This document shows, one piece after another, positions 46,123 to 58,856 of a stretch of 64,000 bases of DNA. Origin of the DNA: Bilabrum cf. latius (lineage: Eukaryota); contig OZ237747.1 in NCBI GenBank assembly GCA_965178125.1, positions 992,001-1,056,000 of the forward strand, given 5' to 3'. The notes under the pieces were generated by a model. The model did no database searches, was not told the origin of the DNA, and worked only from the letters and a program-made list of their open reading frames with translations. The position numbers were made by a program, and so were the translations under genes. The stretch's first letter is position 1, and each line of letters starts with the position of its first letter.

Positions 46123-49100
46123 TCAAGGCCGATCACCGCTGCTGCCGTTCGACTGGCTAGCAGAGGATCCGTGATCAGACCCCAACAGAGAAGCGCTTTG
46201 ACCGCCCGCACTGCTACCTCCCACGGACCCTCCATGCCCACCAGGTCGCGGGAGCCGGTACGCAATAGAGCGCCCGGACATGCTCTGAGCTCCCACGCTA
46301 CTGCCATCAGTTGACGCACTCCCTATGCTAAACGCACGTTCAGCCTCAGCTCGTTGCAGGGCGCTCGTGGCCCCGGGCGAGCCCACCCCATGCCAGGGTA
46401 CTGAGCGCCCCCCGACCACCTCTGCATCCTTGCCAGTCTGCAACAGCAGCGCCGAAGACACTGACACGTCGTCTCGATCCTGGCTGGCTAGACTAGCCCC
46501 GTCCTGCATTCCGCCCCTCCCGTAGCCCTGACCAGGGGGAGGGATCCCTATGCTGCCAGGCCTCCCGCCGGACACTGAATGGACGGCGGATTCCTGCGAC
46601 TGGCGGCTCATGGGACGCTACGAGGAAAAGCTACCTGGATCAGTCGGCATGTGCCTGTCTGCCTCTTTGACCTCCTGCACGCCAGAGCTAGCTCGAAGTA
46701 GCTGCTACCACTGGTCGACACCGCTGCTCGGCTGCGCCTTTGGGCCAGTGTCTTTGCCAACAGATAGCAGTCGTGGCTCCTACCCGCCGGAACTCGAGAA
46801 AGATAGGATGTTAGCAGAAGCATGCCGACCGTGCGAACCAACAGAGGATTGAAGCACGCCCAAAGGACGGCGAGGCATCTCGCTAGGATACAAAGGCCTT
46901 CGCAAGCCGCCTGATAGTGGATCAGACGAGCTCAAGAGGCTCCGCAGCGCAAATTTACCGCCTGTCAGCTGGGCCCAATCGTGCTGGCCTGGACGAGCGT
47001 GCGAAGGTTGGTACGGTTCATGCCGCGGTCGCTCACGAAAAGAGCTGGCGCCTTCGTCATTCTATACTGCAGGAATTTGATCCAGACTCGGCTAGCGCGA
47101 GCTGGAGGCAGGCAACTTGATGCTCGCGCTGGCACCTGACACCTCGCGTGATGCACCCCCAGGAGCTGCAGCTGAGCTCGAAGGTGCACTGCTTTGGGTT
47201 TGCGATGGGTCGGTAGATAGAGGTCCATCGGTAGATCGAATGCCATGGTCGCTGCCGACTGCCCCACTCAGCCCCACCGATTGGGTCTAGCCCGCATTTC
47301 CGATCGCCGAATCTGACGAAGAAGAAGGCAGATCCCTGCTGCCGCCTGACGAAGACCCCGTTGGGCCTGACCTGCATGCCTGCTAGTCTCCGCCACCATT
47401 GGATACTTTCAACTGACTGCTGCCGGCTGCACTAGTCCTAGCTCCAGGCGCCGACCCAATGTCTGATTGCGACGGCAGCATCGAGCTCCTGTCGCTATCA
47501 GCGTTGCTGCCAGCAGGCAGGCGCCCCGTTGGCAGGCTTTCCGTGGCATCGCTACTGCGATATGCAATCGTGCCAACGCTACTAGTGGTCGTCCCCTCTC
47601 CCCTACTGCTGCTTTGGCTCTAGTCTTCGCCCTGTTCCAGCCTCAGTGCCTGCTCTTGAAGCAGCTTAGCCTGCCTCCGTAGCATTTCGGCGCGCTACAA
47701 AAGATCGTTGCGACTTGAGGTCCCGGATGTGAAAGAGCGTGCCACGCTCGGTCGCTCAAGCACCGGGCCATCGGCCTCACTTTTGGTGTGCTCCCCCTGG
47801 TCAGTTTTCAGTGCAGCGTGCGGCGGGCTGGTGTAGGCTACTGCACCATTCTCGCCAGGCCTGGGCTGGCCCACTGCGCGCCGAAGTGACTAATCTGTTC
47901 CGTGCTGGGACTAGGACTAATGCTGCTGCAAATGAACCTAACTAGCGTGGATATCGTTCATATATTGCTGCTACTGATGCCCTTGGTGCTGCATCGGTCC
48001 CGACGCGCCCCATTCTGTGTACGAAGACTAGGCGCTCGGTGACTGCACCTGGTGAGCTGAACCGTCTCGGCCGCTTCCCATTGAAAAGCTCTCGACCCCA
48101 CCTGAAGGTGCTTCAGTATGATAGCCGTGCTGCGCACCTGGTGGCCGGATCGGCTCAGAATCGCTGCGAGAGAAGCCGACGCCATGTGCCTGGGCCTAGC
48201 CTGGACCGCCAAAGGGCGGATATTGTTGTCCCGCACCGTGATGGAAATGGCTGGGCGGAACGGACACCTACCCCTATCCCTGCCCCTCCCCCTGCCCCAG
48301 TCCCTGCCGCTGCTGGCCGCGATCATTGCCTCGGCGCTCGTCGATGGCCACGAGATGGAACTTCCTGCCATCTGCCAGCTGGACCACCTGGTCGGAACCG
48401 GTGGTCATACCGTTGCTCGAATTGGATCCGAAGCTATATGCTCGCTGGAGGTGTAACCCATGCTGCCTGCCATCAGTACCACTACGGACCATGGGGTCGT
48501 GCGATGAGCTAGGGTAGTGCTATGAGCCGGGGTCGTGCTACTTTGAGGCATGCGCACCAGAACCGTCGGAATGCTGCGGTTGCTGCATGCTCTACCCAAG
48601 CTCCTGAAGTGATTGCAGCTGTTCTGCTACCTGCCTCTGCTCATGTGCATCGTATTGAGCGCCATCTAGCGCGTGGCGATGATGCATCCCGTTTCCTGCT
48701 GGCCCTGGATGTCGTTCATGCGGCATTGTGAGCACCTCTGGTCTGAAGGGCCGCAGACTGCTGCTCAGCTCTAGCCTGGCCTGGGCGAGTCGGAGCTGCT
48801 GCTGCTGCATCCGCAGGCGGTAATCGATCAGGCTGGTCTGGGAATCGGCCCCGCTGCTATCGAGGGAGTACGCGGTGGCTCGCCCTCCAGCTGCCATGAA
48901 GTCACCGCTCTGCGGCCCCTGCCCGGGGGGTCGCATCCAGTCTTCCACTCCTCGCCCGCCCCCCCTTGGGCCCCTTCCATTGCCGAGGTGCTACGAGGCC
49001 ACGTCTGCCAGGGAGGCGAGACCGCCACCGGATCCATTCGAGAGAACTGATCGCGACCGCGACCCTCCTACCACATGCCCGTCCTCCCGCGATGAGCGTT

Positions 49101-50020
49101 GCCTCTTTGCACCCAGCCCGCTGGCGTGGCCGGCGCTGTATTGCCTGCCGCAGAGCTGCTCTCTGCTGCCGTACATCTGTTCAAAGTCAGCCCCACTGAT
49201 GAAAGGGGGCTGAGAGGGGCTGATGATCTCGAATGGCTGGAGAACCAGAGCTGGCCGAGGGCTGGGGGCCCGGAGCTCGTGCTCCCAATCGTCGTCGTCC
49301 CGCACGCGCCGCAGCCGGATGGCCGCCCACGCAGTGCCATGCGTGGCGGATCCCTGAGAATAGTGCACGGATTTGCCCTTTCCCTTTCCTCCTCGTTGCC
49401 GGGGCGCGAGGGCGCCAGGCGACAGATGGCTCTCGCTCGCAATGGATTCGAGCTGCTGCCTTGCCCGCTTTGCTGCCCGCACCATCGAGCTCTAGCTCTG
49501 GTTGTCCGAGCTGATGGAACCACTCACACTGGGTGCCCTGCTCGCCGAGTGGTATGGAGGGTACACGCTCCGGCCACCCAAATCCGAAAAGGCCCTTGGC
49601 TGGGGGGGGATCCCGACACCGGCGGGGTCCTCGGCGCCCTCGCGCGGGTCGTCTCGCCCCTTCGATGTGCTACTATCTGCGGCCATGCCTGAGCCGCCGC
49701 TGGAGCTCCTCTACGGCCCGTGATCACGCTCCTTTGCAGCGGATACGTTGGTGTTGCCCGCTCGCTCGGCGCGCGCCTTCGCTCGTCCGCCCGACGAAGA
49801 GGAGGCCTGTCCAGACTGAGGCGCTGGCTATTCTGCGACAGCGGAAGCGTCTGACTATGATCTTCGAAGCTCTGCTTGTGCTTCGGCGGCCACTAGCTTG
49901 TACTGTTCCAGCCCTTTCTGCTTCTTCTTGGGGTCGGAAGAGCGGAGCGCCGCCGTGAGAGCGGCTTGCGTGGCGTTGTGCCCACTGCGCACCCTGTGAA
50001 GGTGCACAGCTGCACGATCA
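46123..50020 (-). CDS. Large low-complexity (S/G/Q-rich) hypothetical protein; 5' exon(s) probably extend beyond 50160
   Basis: About 1300 codons in one frame with ~26 TAG and no TAA/TGA until TGA 46123. Probable acceptor TTTCGCAG near 50021. Confidence 0.65.
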
Positions 50021-51037
50021 GCTGCGAAACAAGTAAAAATATATACTAGAGATCTTTCTAAATCCCGTAATAGGTGTAGGGTCCGGTATATCTCTCTGAA
50101 ACTAGTAGACGAAACCATGTGATGATTTAGTGACGACAAACAGTAAATAAAGCGAAACTCTAACCTTCTGCCTTTCGTAGTTTTGCTGTATTCGTAGCTC
50201 GTACGACTAGGAGCCACGTCGAAGGGTCATCGCGTCGCAGCGACGGGTGCCAATAGGACGCTGGGATGCCGGCAGACACATCACCGACATCCTTGGAAAA
50301 GCAATACATGTTTAGGCTGCGCTGTATCCTCTAACTTTCTTTGCATCGTCTTGCTCTGCGAAGGGCTTTGGCGGGCATTTGTTTTGCATCACGGGTGAAG
50401 CAGAGGGCACGCGAAGGAGGCGACGCAGGCTCTGATAATGTGACTTACAGTCTGGTAGACTTGCCGGGCGCCTGAGCGCGGTCTACGTCCGAAATAGAGC
50501 GTGCAGATCCTACTGGCATGCAGGAGTAAAATACGCGGATGAATTCAAGGTCGTCAAACAGCAATATTCTGTCCCCTGCATCATTCCATGACGCAGTCTC
50601 CGGCTAATGTTCCTCGCAAAAACGCACCGTCCAATACATTTGTCGAATAAATCCAGGCACAGAATTTAGCTGATCAATTGGCAACTCATCTCTGGCCGGC
50701 ATCGGACTTGCGGCCTAGGGGGACGCCACCTTCGATACGCGGCTTCGTGTTCCGTTTCGGTTACGCCGCCGGCACCCGACTTGGAGCCGCGTACCGATGG
50801 AGATTCTGCGCACAGTTCACTAGGACTGTGATTAAAATACCAACGATATCTGCTTGGAGGAATATGTCGAGGTTGTGCGTTGTTTGCGACCGGAGGGACG
50901 CCACGGCGAAAATGTTGCTGACTGCTAATAACGAAAGATGAAGATAGTCCGCAAATCGATTCAGATATTCATTCCTAGAGTGCACGTTGTATCAGTTGTT
51001 GTCTTTTTACAGCTCGAAAATGATAAAATATGAATAG

Positions 51038-52984
51038 ATGGATGACTTGGTGCGCGCACTTGCGGCTGCACCCACTGCTGAAGCCGCATCAAACTTTCTC
51101 GCTATTGAAGCTGCTACTGAAGCTCGCCTTGCGATATCTTCCGCTGGGCACCCCGCCAACAAGCGGTTTTGTGCTTGGAGCACCGTTGAAGGTATTACTT
51201 GTGGTATCCACCCTGGGCGGCAGCGACGCTGGATGGTTGGACCGATTAGCCATCAATCGCTTGAGATTTGCAAGGCCGCCAACCAGGCCGCCGAACCGGC
51301 TGCAATGGTACGCATCAGACGCGTATGCCGCAAACTGGCCGGAGAAGTTCTGAAGAATCGAGAAGAGCTCCTGGAGGTCAATCGCCGCGCCATCGAGGGC
51401 GGTTCCGCGGGGTTCCCGCTGCTTGCGGACGACTTGCTCGCTGGCGGAGGACCGGTCGCTGGAATTCTCCCACTGGCACGAGTGTTTGCCGAGGAGCTCT
51501 GCCTTGCTGAGACACAAAGAAAGATGGAAACCGCGGCCAAAACTGTTCGTAGCGGCATCCCAGCTGCGCCGGCAAGCGGTGAGCACGACCTCCAGGCGAA
51601 GCCAGGTGCCCCCCCGGCAGTCAAAGAGCTGATGCGAATGAGAGTATTTTTTAGAAGCCTCAGGCCGAGTCTCGGGGTGTCTACTGAGGCAGGCAGTTGT
51701 GCTGCGGGTGAAAAGCCAATGGGATGGTGTTGTGGGTTTCCAGAAACGCCAGCTTCACACTCTGGCACTGGCACTGGCACTGGCACTGGCACACCTGTTG
51801 AGCCAGCACTAGCACCTGCGATACTCTGCACGGATGCGTGTACGAGCGTGAATCTCCGGATGGATCGCGTGCATGCAGATTCGGTACGCCCATCATCATC
51901 TTCAGGACCCCAGCTCATCCGCGGTCTGCACTGTCATGCGTACGAGCTCAAACGAAACGACACCAGCGCCAGCTCAGCATCAATGCAAGCCGGCACAAAT
52001 GCATCGCTTCCAGCACCTCCATGCGGTACCTCGCCTGGTGCAGGGCCCGAAAGCGCAGAAGATGGCGCGTCACGGCCGGATCCTCGGACGCGAAGCCTGT
52101 GGGTGCTTGTACCTGTTCCCAAGCCCATGCATGCGCCGACATTGGGTAGCACCACCACCTCATTGAGAACATCTTGCGCGTCCAGCAAGCGTGGTGCGCC
52201 CGCTCCTGCAGCAGGCACACCCGGTACGGAGACTATGGCACAGCGAGCACCACCAGCACATACCGCCGCAGCTGGTGCAGGAGCGTCGACCAAGGCAGCA
52301 GAGAACGTATCATTTGCACAGGCAAAGGAGCTTGTGGCAGATTGGATGGCTTGGTTCATGCACCATGTGTGGGAGGATACATCGCACCGCGATGCAAGCA
52401 AACCTAGCGAGCCAGCTGCTGCTGCTGGTAGTGACGACGGTGCCTCAAAATCAAGCTCGCGTGGCAGTGACAGCCGCTCGACCCATGGCGGCTCTGACGG
52501 GAATTCAGAGCCACGCATATCGATGACAAGTCGTGGGCAGAGTCAAGGCACACGCAGCGAGCAGCGCCGCAGCCCTGGCAGCACGGAAAGGGCGGCAGGC
52601 GGCGGTTCATTCCCATCTGACAAAGCCGTGTCCCAAGGAGCAGCCGTCGCAGAGAGGTTGCTATCCACGGGGTGCTTTTGCTTATTATGCGAGCGCACGA
52701 TGGTCGAGGAAGGGGAGATGGTCTACTCGGCCGTCGGGTGCTCCGCTCTTGCTGGTCTCGCCGGTGACGTGTGCCGAGTCGGAATGGTCTTCGTGCCTCC
52801 CACTGGTCGCGGTAGAGGGTACGGGAGGGCTGCAACGGCGGCAGCGATGGAGGTCGGCAGGCTATTGCATAGGTGCAGGACGGCCGTCATATTTGCGGAC
52901 TGGAGCTATGCCACCACGACCCACCTATACTCGAGCATCGCCACACCGCTGGGCGACGACATCCCATTTGCTTTGGTGGGGTGA
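51038..52984 (+). CDS. GNAT-family acetyltransferase with long low-complexity insertions (648 aa)
   Basis: The C-terminal RVGMVFVPPTGRGRGYGRAATAA...VIFADWSYATTTHLYSSI carries the acetyl-CoA motif A. ATG to TGA, with no internal TAG. Confidence 0.8.
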   Translation: MDDLVRALAAAPTAEAASNFLAIEAATEARLAISSAGHPANKRFCAWSTVEGITCGIHPGRQRRWMVGPISHQSLEICKAANQAAEPAAMVRIRRVCRKLAGEVLKNREELLEVNRRAIEGGSAGFPLLADDLLAGGGPVAGILPLARVFAEELCLAETQRKMETAAKTVRSGIPAAPASGEHDLQAKPGAPPAVKELMRMRVFFRSLRPSLGVSTEAGSCAAGEKPMGWCCGFPETPASHSGTGTGTGTGTPVEPALAPAILCTDACTSVNLRMDRVHADSVRPSSSSGPQLIRGLHCHAYELKRNDTSASSASMQAGTNASLPAPPCGTSPGAGPESAEDGASRPDPRTRSLWVLVPVPKPMHAPTLGSTTTSLRTSCASSKRGAPAPAAGTPGTETMAQRAPPAHTAAAGAGASTKAAENVSFAQAKELVADWMAWFMHHVWEDTSHRDASKPSEPAAAAGSDDGASKSSSRGSDSRSTHGGSDGNSEPRISMTSRGQSQGTRSEQRRSPGSTERAAGGGSFPSDKAVSQGAAVAERLLSTGCFCLLCERTMVEEGEMVYSAVGCSALAGLAGDVCRVGMVFVPPTGRGRGYGRAATAAAMEVGRLLHRCRTAVIFADWSYATTTHLYSSIATPLGDDIPFALVG

Positions 52985-53269
52985 CCTAAGATCTCCTTAT
53001 TGTATCCTGTATCGGATCATCCTGTATCGGATCATGTTTTAGTTTTGATGCTCTACACTCTCATGGACCTGGCCTTCTCTCCGCGATTTGCTCATTAGGC
53101 CCTAAGCAAGCAAACGGGCGCCGCGCAACTATTCCGGAATCAAAATTCCAAGCACTGCTGCGGAACACCCTCGAATGACCACCCACTTCTAGTAGCGAGA
53201 ACGAAACCAAATTTCTTGTTTGCTACTGTTTCCGGCTAGTATTTGCTAGAAAGTACATATAGTGATATA

Positions 53270-56200
53270 ATGTCGCTCAAGCTAACTGTTCAAGTGAAGC
53301 CGATCGGAGGGAAACTACGAGTTCCTGTCAAACCAGATTCGACGGTCAAGAAGCTCAAATCACTGGTTGTAGCGTGAGTGTATGGATGAATCGAGTAGTA
53401 TTTCAAGTTGTGACACATTATATAGCTTTTTTGAATGCACTCTAGATCGAACCCAGTATCGCAGGCGATCCAAGAAGCTCAAGGAGTTCAAGGCGCTTGG
53501 GCTGAGTGCCGCTGAGGCTGACGCCATCATTTGCGATGGACTGTACGAAGATGGAGCCGCACTCGATTCCGATGACGAAGTGGGTGACGCGATTTCGTCT
53601 GATCAGGTCGAAGCCGTCCTGGAAGGTCCCAGGCTGGTGGGATCCGGTGCGGGCCGTGCCGCCGATCCAGGAGCACCTGCAGTGCAGCCCCCTCCACTAC
53701 CAGGCTCGCGGGTCCCACCACCTGAGGGTTCTTCTTCAAAGAAAAAACCGAAGAAATCTGGAGGAAAGAAGAAGCCGAGGGGGGGGTCGGAAGGCACGTC
53801 GAGCGGAAGCTCGGCCTCGTCGCTCGGCGAACTCCTGCCCATCCCGGGGCAGAGCGCCCCGGTGCCTCCAGCCGATGTGGAGCCCGGCAGCCTGTCGCGG
53901 ATCCCTGGATTCGCTACAGGCAGCCACACGGTGTGCTACCGCCTTGCAGCCTCCGCTCGCTTCGTCAGGCTCCCCGTCAACCCCAAGACCACGACCTTCG
54001 CTGGGCTGCGTCGGGCGATCGCGCGGGTGGAATCGATGGCCGTGTACGACAGCAGCAGCACCAGTGGTGAAGACAAGACAAAGTAGAAGAAGAAGACGAA
54101 GAAGCAGAGCACTGGTGGTAAAATGAAAAAGAAGGTGATTAGCGACCCCACCTCCGGGGATGGATCCCCGGACGAGCACACTGTGACGATGCACCTCGCC
54201 ACTCGGGCGTTCCCCCTTGACCCACCGACCTCAGCATCGGGTGGCGGGAGGGGCGGCGGCGGGCACGATGAGGATCCGTCCGGCAGCACCACGGGCGATG
54301 GCAAGGCCCACCGCCTTAGTGACGATCTGACGCTCGAGGAGTGGGGCTTCACAGGGGCTCTTGCCGACTGTGAAGCGGCGCGATCCATCCACCCGGAGGC
54401 ACCCAGCTTCGCGGGGATCGGCCAGGCCACAACGGCCGCTGCGGCTAGTATGGCCGGTGAGCCGCAGAGCACGACCGTATTTGTCACACTGTGCAACAGA
54501 GACAAGGACCCGACCGCGGTGGCAGACGAGGGTGCCGATGGCTCCGCTGTGACTCAGGCAGAGATACTGACCAAGGCAGCCGAATGGCAGCCGGTGCTGG
54601 GCGGGGAGCAGGCGCGCTGCATCGGACTGCCACCGGAGAACGATATGCAGTTCGATCCTGAGAGACTGGTCACGGGCATCGGTGGCGGTGGTGGCGGTGG
54701 TGGTGCGGCCGATGGGGGTGATCCAGTCGTGGTGCCTGCAGCGAGCGGTGCAGGGCTCGGTGGCACGGACCGCGTGGCGGCCCCTCCTGTCACGGCTGCT
54801 CGCCGACACACAAGGGACACCATGCTGAAGAAGCAGACTGACAAGGGCATGTCCGAGATGCTGGGATGCTTGCTCGTGCTGCAAAACAGGCTTGATTCCT
54901 CCCAGGTCAGGCAGCTGGTCGGCTTCGTGAGGCGCGTCACGCAGTTTGCGCCTGCCGCTCACTGTCTAAGCATGGTGCTTCAGAAGAGGGCAATCACGAG
55001 GGCCGGCAAGGCAGCCATCTCCTCTGCTCTCTTTACCATCGGGCGCGCCCTACTGTCTTCGAGCGTTTCGGATGAGCTGGTGTTTGAACACGCTAGGAGC
55101 ATCTTCTCCTTCTTGCTGCTCTCGGGCCAAGACAAGGTATTGGTGGTCAAGCCTGACAGCAAAGTCGACGACATTGAGTCGACGGACCAGCTGCTGCTTA
55201 CACGATACCCCACCAGATGCACAGACGGCGACAAGTCGTTTGTACTGCGGGAGCTGCACTGCGAGATCACCAACGAACGGCTCGTTGACCCAGTCAAAGT
55301 GGCCAAGGAGCCAGAGGCAGGTGGGAAGAAGCTGAGCAATGCCGTGATGGCCTTGCAAGCAGGCAAAGTCTACACGAAGCAGGCTGCGCTATCGAAGATA
55401 TCAAAGAAGAACGGCGGGCTGCGGAGCGACAGCGAGTCTGTCTCTGCTGGCTGGGCCGGTGTCACAGCCAAGCACCTGGTGACTGACGAGCTGTCTCTCC
55501 TGCTCATGCGGTCGACACCTCAGAGCCTCACCGCATGCGAGTGGAGGCCACAGCCACTTCACGCGGTTGATTCCGCGCATGCGACAGAAGTTGGCCTTGG
55601 TTCTGAAGACACTGTCGTGGCCAAGCCGTCGGCCTCCTCTGGTGCTGGTGGTGCAGACCAGCTGGAGCTGCCCCGGAGGTGCCGCCCGACCGCCGCATGC
55701 TCTGCCAACGGGCCTCCACCGCTGCTATCGCTAGTCAGCCGCCCACAGATGATGTCAGAGCTCCGTGCAAAGCTCAAGAACGCATCCACGACCACGCTCC
55801 GAATGGTGCCCGGCATGCAGAGGTGCCACCCATCCAGCCTGAACGATGCCACACCGTATTCCCTCACTGTGGATGGCACAGGTCGCACGGTGGTGTACGT
55901 GGAGAGGTCGAAGAGCCCCGGCAAGTCTACACGAGTGTTTGATCCGCTGACAGGGGAGTGGTCCGACATCGACAAGGACGCAGTGGCAGACGAGCTGAAG
56001 AGGAGTGGCGTAGAGATTTAGGACGATGGGGGCGACATGGCACCTCGCGAGCCTGAGGAAGCAGTGGTGCTTGCGGTGGATTGTTCAGCATCTATGTGGT
56101 CCTACGGCTTCGAGGATCCGTGGGAGATCAGCCAGAGCGACTTCAAGCGGGAGCTGAGGGCGATCTACGACAAGTCCTTGTCCTCCTCGAGCGCGGCGAC

Positions 56201-58682
56201 GAGAGAGCTGGCCAGGGAGCGTCTGCTAAACATCGGCTTTGCAGACCATCAGATTCACCTTGAGTCTTCCGATGGCGACAAGTTCATCGGTCGCCTGGAG
56301 GCATGCGTTGAGCTACCGATGCTGCGCCGGCTTTGGACCACCAAGTTGTCCTCTCGATCTGCCGGCGACAAGTTCAACTTCATTTCGCGTGAGTTGGCTT
56401 ACCTTCTGATGACACCGGAAGAGCACCAGCAGGGCAACAAGAGGCGTAAGCTGAGAGAGGCCCGAGTGGTGTGCTCCGTATACGCTTCAAGGATCGTAGA
56501 AAAGCTGTCAAGCGGTCCTGGGGCTCGAGCTGGCGGTGGTGGGGCAGCGGCAGGTTCAGCCTCTGGGTATGGGGGTGTACCATCTTCGTAGCGCTGGCAG
56601 CTTGTGGAGCCATCCATCATCGGTAGAGGCTGCCCCGACAGCGTGCGGTGCCCACTGAGCGGCAAGCTGTACATCGATCCAGTGCGGACTAGCAACGGCA
56701 AGGTGTACGAACGCAGCGAGATCGTCAAGCATCTGCAGCGGCACGAGAAGCTGCCGGGGTCGAGCTCCAGGGCGACATCAGAAGAGGATCGCACGCTGAA
56801 GGCAGACGCCGAGAAGCTAAGGGCGGTGCGTCGCTGGCTGGAACGACACTCTTGCGGAACCGCAGATAATGCGTTCGGTGGGTCGGGGCACTGGTTTGCC
56901 ACGAGATACAGGATGAATTACGGGATGGGGTACTTCTCACACGACGCATGGAAGCCAGTCTTTGTACACAGCAAGACAGAGCCAGCTGGGCTGCGTCTGC
57001 TTCTCTGGGAGCAATCTGGATTCGATGAAGAGCTTGCGCCGTCCCAGCAGACTCCGTGGTATGGCATGGTCAGTTCTTCCGATGGTTTCGTTAATGGCCA
57101 GGTCGAGCTGTTGTCGTACGGACGAGGGACTCTTCCAACCAAGAGCGTGGGGCTTGCCTACACAGTATCGCCCGAAGGGCTCGCTTGGCCCCCTGCTGTT
57201 GAAAACGAGACGTTGGATGCCGACTACACGCAGCCCACGATCAGCAGCGAGGCGCTACTGAAGGAGAAATGCGGAGGCACTCTGGCAGTGCCTGCCGGCA
57301 GCCTATACATCTGCGAAGAGTACGACGATCAGGGTAACGATCCGGAGCGCAAGAACCGCATGCTTACTGTGAAGGTTTTGTTCCAGGCATTCATAGACAG
57401 GACGGCGGCTTTCGATCTGCCCCATCATCTCGGACTCGTGACCTTCTCAAACAAGCACGAAGAGAAGTGCGGGCTGACTGCAAGCTTTGACGACCTTCGC
57501 ACCAGCCTAGAGGAGATGGAAGAAGATGGCGAGACTGCGATGAACGACGCCATCCAGCACGCTGGCACGATGCTCAGCAGCTGGAAGGCTAGTGTCTTGG
57601 CAAGAAGGCGGGACCAGGGTCAGGGCCACTTGCCGCCGCCCAGGACCCGGATCGTGTGCTTGTCCGATGGCGAGGACACCAATTCCACCAAGCCCCTGCA
57701 TCGGGTGGCTCGAAAGCTCAAACAGGATGGTATCGTGCTGGACGGCGTGCTTGTGGGCACGAGCTCGAACGAGGAGCTGCATCGCATTGCAAAGTTTACG
57801 GGCGGGTACTCCTTCCACCCCAAAACCATGTTCGATGGCCTGCAGCTGTGCGAGCTCGAGACGTTCCTTTCCTCTGCCGACCGCCCCAAGCTGCGCACGG
57901 TAGAGGGCGCAGTGAGCTCCAACTCCGACCTGAGCAGGTGGTCCTCGTACTCCGTGCCCCGCGACGTGTGCTCAGACACTATTGTTCCCCAGAGGCGAAG
58001 GGATCCCAGGCAGACCAAGCGAGCCCTGCCCCTGGCGAAGGCAGTGGCAGCTGTCACCGCGGCTGCAGGGACTCCGGCTGGCATGGCACCACCTGCAGCG
58101 CCTGGCCGTCGCAGCGGCGGCACGGGCACAAGCGGCGGATCGAAAGGAGCGAAGCCCAGCTCCGGCGGAACAGACGCCGCGGCACTCGTCACGCGCAATC
58201 GTCGGATCCTGCGCGAGATGCACGACCTCGTCAAGCGGCCCCACGATGCGTGCCAGGTGTTCCCGAACCAGGACGATGTGGGCTACTGGCGAGTCCTGAT
58301 GAAGGGAGCAGACAACACTCCGTACCAAGGAGGCATCTGGTGCCTGCAGGTGGCCTTCCCGCCAGAGTACCCGACCAAGGCGCCCAGCGTGCGGTTCCTC
58401 ACACCCATCCGGCACGTGAACATCAGCATCCAGGGCAAGGTGTGCCACGCCATTCTGGATCGCGCGTGGACTCCAGAGCAGACGATGAGGGACGTTTTGT
58501 CTCAGATCTACGGGCTGATGATGACTCCGGAGAAGGATGACCCACTGGATTCCAATCTGGCTGCCATGCTGAGCAAGCCGGAGACCAGGGGGAAGTACGA
58601 GGCCACGGTGCAGGCGTTCGTGGACGAGCACGCCAAGGGCAAGACGATGGCTGAGTGGCGGCGGGAGCTGACGGGGCAGTGA
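53270..58682 (+). CDS. Ubiquitin-like/U-box/VWA/UBC (E2) multidomain protein (join 53270-53373, 53426-58682; ~1785 aa)
   Basis: Ubl-like MSLKLTVQVK...VKPDSTVKKLKSLV; intron 53374-53425 GTGAG..TAG. U-box-like CEITNERLVDPV and CPLSGKLYIDPVRTSNGKVYERSEI. VWA VLAVDCSASM / GLVTFS / GETAMNDAI / IVCLSDGED. UBC PYQGG...FPPEYP..AP.VRF.TPIRHVNISIQGKVC. In-frame TAGs at 54084, 56019 and 56589; TGA end. Confidence 0.88.
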
Positions 58683-58856
58683 GTCACCCAGCGTGCTGCA
58701 GGTAGTGGGAACGGATTAGGGCACCATCGGAAGCGAGCACTGATTGAAATTGCGTACTTGGCGAACTTAGTACCATACTTCATGTAACTAGCAAGCAATC
58801 GTGAGGGGGGAAAACACGCAGTCAAAACGAGCCATCGCCTAGCTAACATCCAAGGA

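Noticed and set aside
45945-46319. 124-aa minus-strand ORF and many other overlapping or antisense ORFs in the track
   Set aside because: They are shadow ORFs of GC-rich coding sequence that overlap better-supported frames and have no recognisable motifs.
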